34,488 bases of DNA from Nemertoderma westbladi (Eukaryota; Animalia; Xenacoelomorpha): assembly GCA_032718475.1 (NCBI GenBank), contig JAUCBJ010007876.1, positions 1 through 34,488 on the forward strand, given 5' to 3'. The notes beneath the pieces are model-generated. The model was not told the DNA's origin and searched no databases. It was given only the letters and a program-made list of their open reading frames with translations. The translations under genes were made by a program, and so were the position numbers. Below are positions 31,242 through 34,488 of the stretch, one piece after another; the first letter of the stretch is position 1; each line of letters opens with the position of its first letter.

Positions 31242-32504
31242 TGTAAAAGCTTCTGTGGGATATAACTGGCCCCTTTGCTTCGCAATCCAGTTTCCCCCCA
31301 GGCGCTGGAATACTCTAAAAAGGTTCTCTAACTGTATATATATTCCCCTCGCCCGCAAGGTACCGTTACAGGTGTTTTAACGGACATAAAAGTCATTCTG
31401 CTATATACGTGTTTTAGCGGACATGGTAAGGCAAAAAACCTGCAATGCACCAAATACCTTTCACAGCTTAGCCGTGATGATTAATATTACGACATCTAAC
31501 AGCTGGTTGCTGACATGGAAACAGCCATTGGATGCATGGTTCTTTGTTTGGCTTGAGCCAATCAGAGCGTTTTTTCCTGTCGACGTGTAGCTTTTCGGCC
31601 GATCATAAGGAAAAATACTTGTTACTTTGTTGTTATTGCTGTCTAAGCCAGAAACACCGGCCTTTTGGGAAGAACTCTAGTAAACTGCTTGAATTATCGA
31701 AAGTATAAACTGTTACCTCATTAACTAATGAAACTCATTAACTTACCTTAATTAATTAATCAATCGAATCGAGAGACAGCATTAACTCACTTAATTTAAT
31801 TGCATTAATCATATTGTTTGTACTGTTATTTTACCGTCAGTTATTAATTGTACCTATTTGTTGATGGAAATATTGCTCTTTGGATAATACGGATAAATCA
31901 CCCAAATTCCCAATTTTCTTGATACACTACAGGTTAGAGAGACCGGCTATACATAACAATTGCGATTTATATTAATGTGGTGTGTATTGAATCCAATGTT
32001 ATTTAGCAGACCCTACGTGAGTCAATTGCTGCTCTCTTTATGTGTGATCAAATATACTGACGGTCGGCAGAATAGTGTGTATGATTGTGATTGGTAACAA
32101 AGTATTTCCTAAAGAATACGCTTTATGCTTCAATCATAAGCAGTATCGTTGCGTTTTAGTATAAGTCTTAGTTCTGTTTAAATAGATAAAGCGCCACGTC
32201 CTAAAGGAACTGTTAATATTTCCCGAAAGCCAATAATATCTGTCAGAAATTAATTATTAACGATCTATCGAATAATACAGTAAGTTTACACTGCAACCTT
32301 ACACTGCAATAATAAAATTTAAGCATCCGAATTCAGCCTCCCGGGTGTAGATCCATCGGGTGAATGATCGCGCATGGGCTGACTTCGGCTAATGTTTTGT
32401 GTATTAGCATAAATTGTTGTCGTATGCTAAAGGTGTTTTAATTAACTAAAAGACATATAAATTTTGGCAGGTTAAACTGCTAAAGGTCTTCAAAAGCGCG
32501 AACA
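31242..32504 (+). repeat. 3' LTR (1263 bp)
   Basis: Direct repeat of the 5' LTR, followed by the TSD. Confidence 0.97.
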
Positions 32505-33429
32505 AGTACATTGGTGTAAATTTGTACTTTGATAATCAACTATGATTTCTATGCATCGTGCATCAGCCAAGATGTTACTGGCAAACGTATTCTGCTACTG
32601 TATGACCAAAGCAGAACACTGAACAAAGGAATGTCGCACTGCGACATTCAGTATAACCTGTCCGGCTATCCAAGGCAACTATTGAATCAGAATTCTTAGA
32701 ACCATGCACTTATGGTGATTCATATAGCAACTTTCAATCAAAAGCTTAGTTACAGACAGTCATTGTTTACTAGAGTTCAACAAGGAATCAAGAATATAAA
32801 AAAACGACTCTTATTGGTCATATATTATGTACAGTACATGATTACCATAATTGAAAACGTTGGGTTGTGTGGAATTTTGGGGAATCTTACCTAGATATTC
32901 AGTCAGTTCTATGAATCATATCTAAATATTCAATCAGTTCTATGGCTTTGGAGTAGAACAGCGCATTGCTAATAAAATGTGAATTTTAGTCGCAAAAGCT
33001 TTAACACGATACATGATCGGCCATTAGGTGGCATGACACTTATTAAGTGCTGTTGTGCTACTGTTGTACACTGTTAGTAATAGACTGACTTTATTACAAT
33101 ATACAAGACATCCGAGATATCAAATCTCCAATATTGTTGTACCATGATCCTCAGCATATTACATGGCTCGATTAGTGTAGCCTGCTGCCTTTGTCAGCAG
33201 TTAGGACTATGCCATATGCCATAACACTGCATACTTTTTTGAATATCTGGAGTTATATGACACGTTCTCCACCATCTTGAAACCATAAAGACCCATCTCA
33301 GGATTCTAGATTCGCGAGACTGGTACCGGTAAACCAGTAAACCTACCACAACACTGCAACATGTATGGTGGGACAGGTGAACAATGAGGAGGAACAACAT
33401 CGCTGGATAACAGGGACTTCTCACCGCCC

Positions 33430-34488
33430 ATGACGCCTACAAACAGCACCACAACTATCGAGGCACGGGGAGGCAGCCCTGCCTCACCTCCACTGCGGAT
33501 GGACGAACTGACACGGATCCTCCCCAACCAACAAGGCATCGTTGGCCGCGTTCATGTCCCAGCAACAAGCCGCAACAAACAACTGCCTAGCACAAATGAC
33601 TCAGCAACAAACTGAATTCATTGCACACGTATTTGCATCCATGCAAATGCAAACCGCTGGCAGTCCTACAGCAGCCACCACATCGGGACCCATACTAAAC
33701 CTGCCTTCTTTCAAACAAGCGGCGGTTAATCCTGCACCACGTCACTGGGTTATCGACATCGTCAACCTTGATATTGATTTTTCCTCCTTCCGATGTTGGT
33801 GACAAGCAGGGCGTGTCCACGCCCATTGGAGGCAATTATCCACATTTCCCCAGGCCAAACAGGTCTACACTCTCGTCGCCGCTCTCAGTGCACTGCAGGA
33901 AACAATTCGAGTAACACTTCACTTAGATATCGACGCAGATGACATCACACTGGATACAATCCTAGATGCCCTCCAAGGACACCTCCTTGCCAAACATAGC
34001 ATCACAATAGATGCAATTAAATTTCACGACCACTGTCAAGGCACAACTGAAACATTTGACTCCTTCAGGGTCGCCCTGGAGGAACTGGTGGACAATGTCA
34101 CCCTTTGCAGTCACTGCCGGGACCACCAAATTATTACATGAATCTTAGTCAGCATCCGCTGCTCGGAAACACGAACCGAACTCTTGAAAGTACTCCCCCA
34201 GTTGACCTTCGAAGATTGTGTTTTCATTGCACAGAGCATCGAAGCGCCTGGGAGGATCAACTCTATACTCACCAGTGGTAAACCCATCCACAAACTCTCC
34301 AAATATAAACACACACCGCCTAAATGACAGGTGTTGTGGAGATTGCGGCGGGTTACCCCACACATTCGGCAAGGATTGCCCCGCCAATAGCACCGTGTGC
34401 AATGCATGCGGGAAAATGGGATACTTCCGATCCGTTTGCCGTAGTTCCCATCTCGCCTATTAGGCGTAGCACCAGTCAACCTGGTATA
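33430..34488 (+). pseudogene. gag: Decayed Ty3/Gypsy (Mag-like) gag, runs off the window
   Basis: FHDHCQGTTETFDSFRVALEEL, LTFEDCVFIAQSIE and CGDCG..H....CPA....CNACGKMGYFRSVCR, with stops and frameshifts. Confidence 0.75.

Larger units (their letters stand above)
19788..32504 (+). mobile_element. BEL/Pao LTR retrotransposon, non-autonomous, very recent insertion
   Basis: TG...CA LTRs; 5-bp TSD AGTAC (19783-19787, 32505-32509); BEL-type triple Cys-His gag and DSG protease. Confidence 0.95.

Overview
Eukaryotic (animal, probably invertebrate) genomic DNA, intron- and transposon-rich. 1-5.4 kb holds the first five coding exons of a CaMKII gene on the minus strand, with clean GT-AG junctions. 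Its introns carry a hAT-type MITE and a Helentron-like element with a tRNA-like core. Upstream of the gene lie a 2.9-kb TIR DNA transposon with an 8-bp TSD, two 5'-truncated RTE-clade LINE copies, a near full-length but disabled L2/CR1-group LINE, a very young 12.7-kb BEL/Pao LTR retrotransposon (19788-32504) and a decayed Ty3/Gypsy gag. The BEL/Pao element is the most unusual part. It lacks RT, most of RNase H and the integrase core. It has no tRNA PBS; instead the 13 nt after the 5' LTR are perfectly complementary to a segment of its own LTR, in Tf1-like self-priming geometry. It also carries an accessory zinc-knuckle/Arg-rich gene in the env position, preceded by a strongly structured RNA segment. 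Separately, the L2/CR1 LINE has ORF1 and ORF2 in one frame, separated only by UGA-CUA, a classic readthrough signal. Family assignments come from motif recognition, not database searches.
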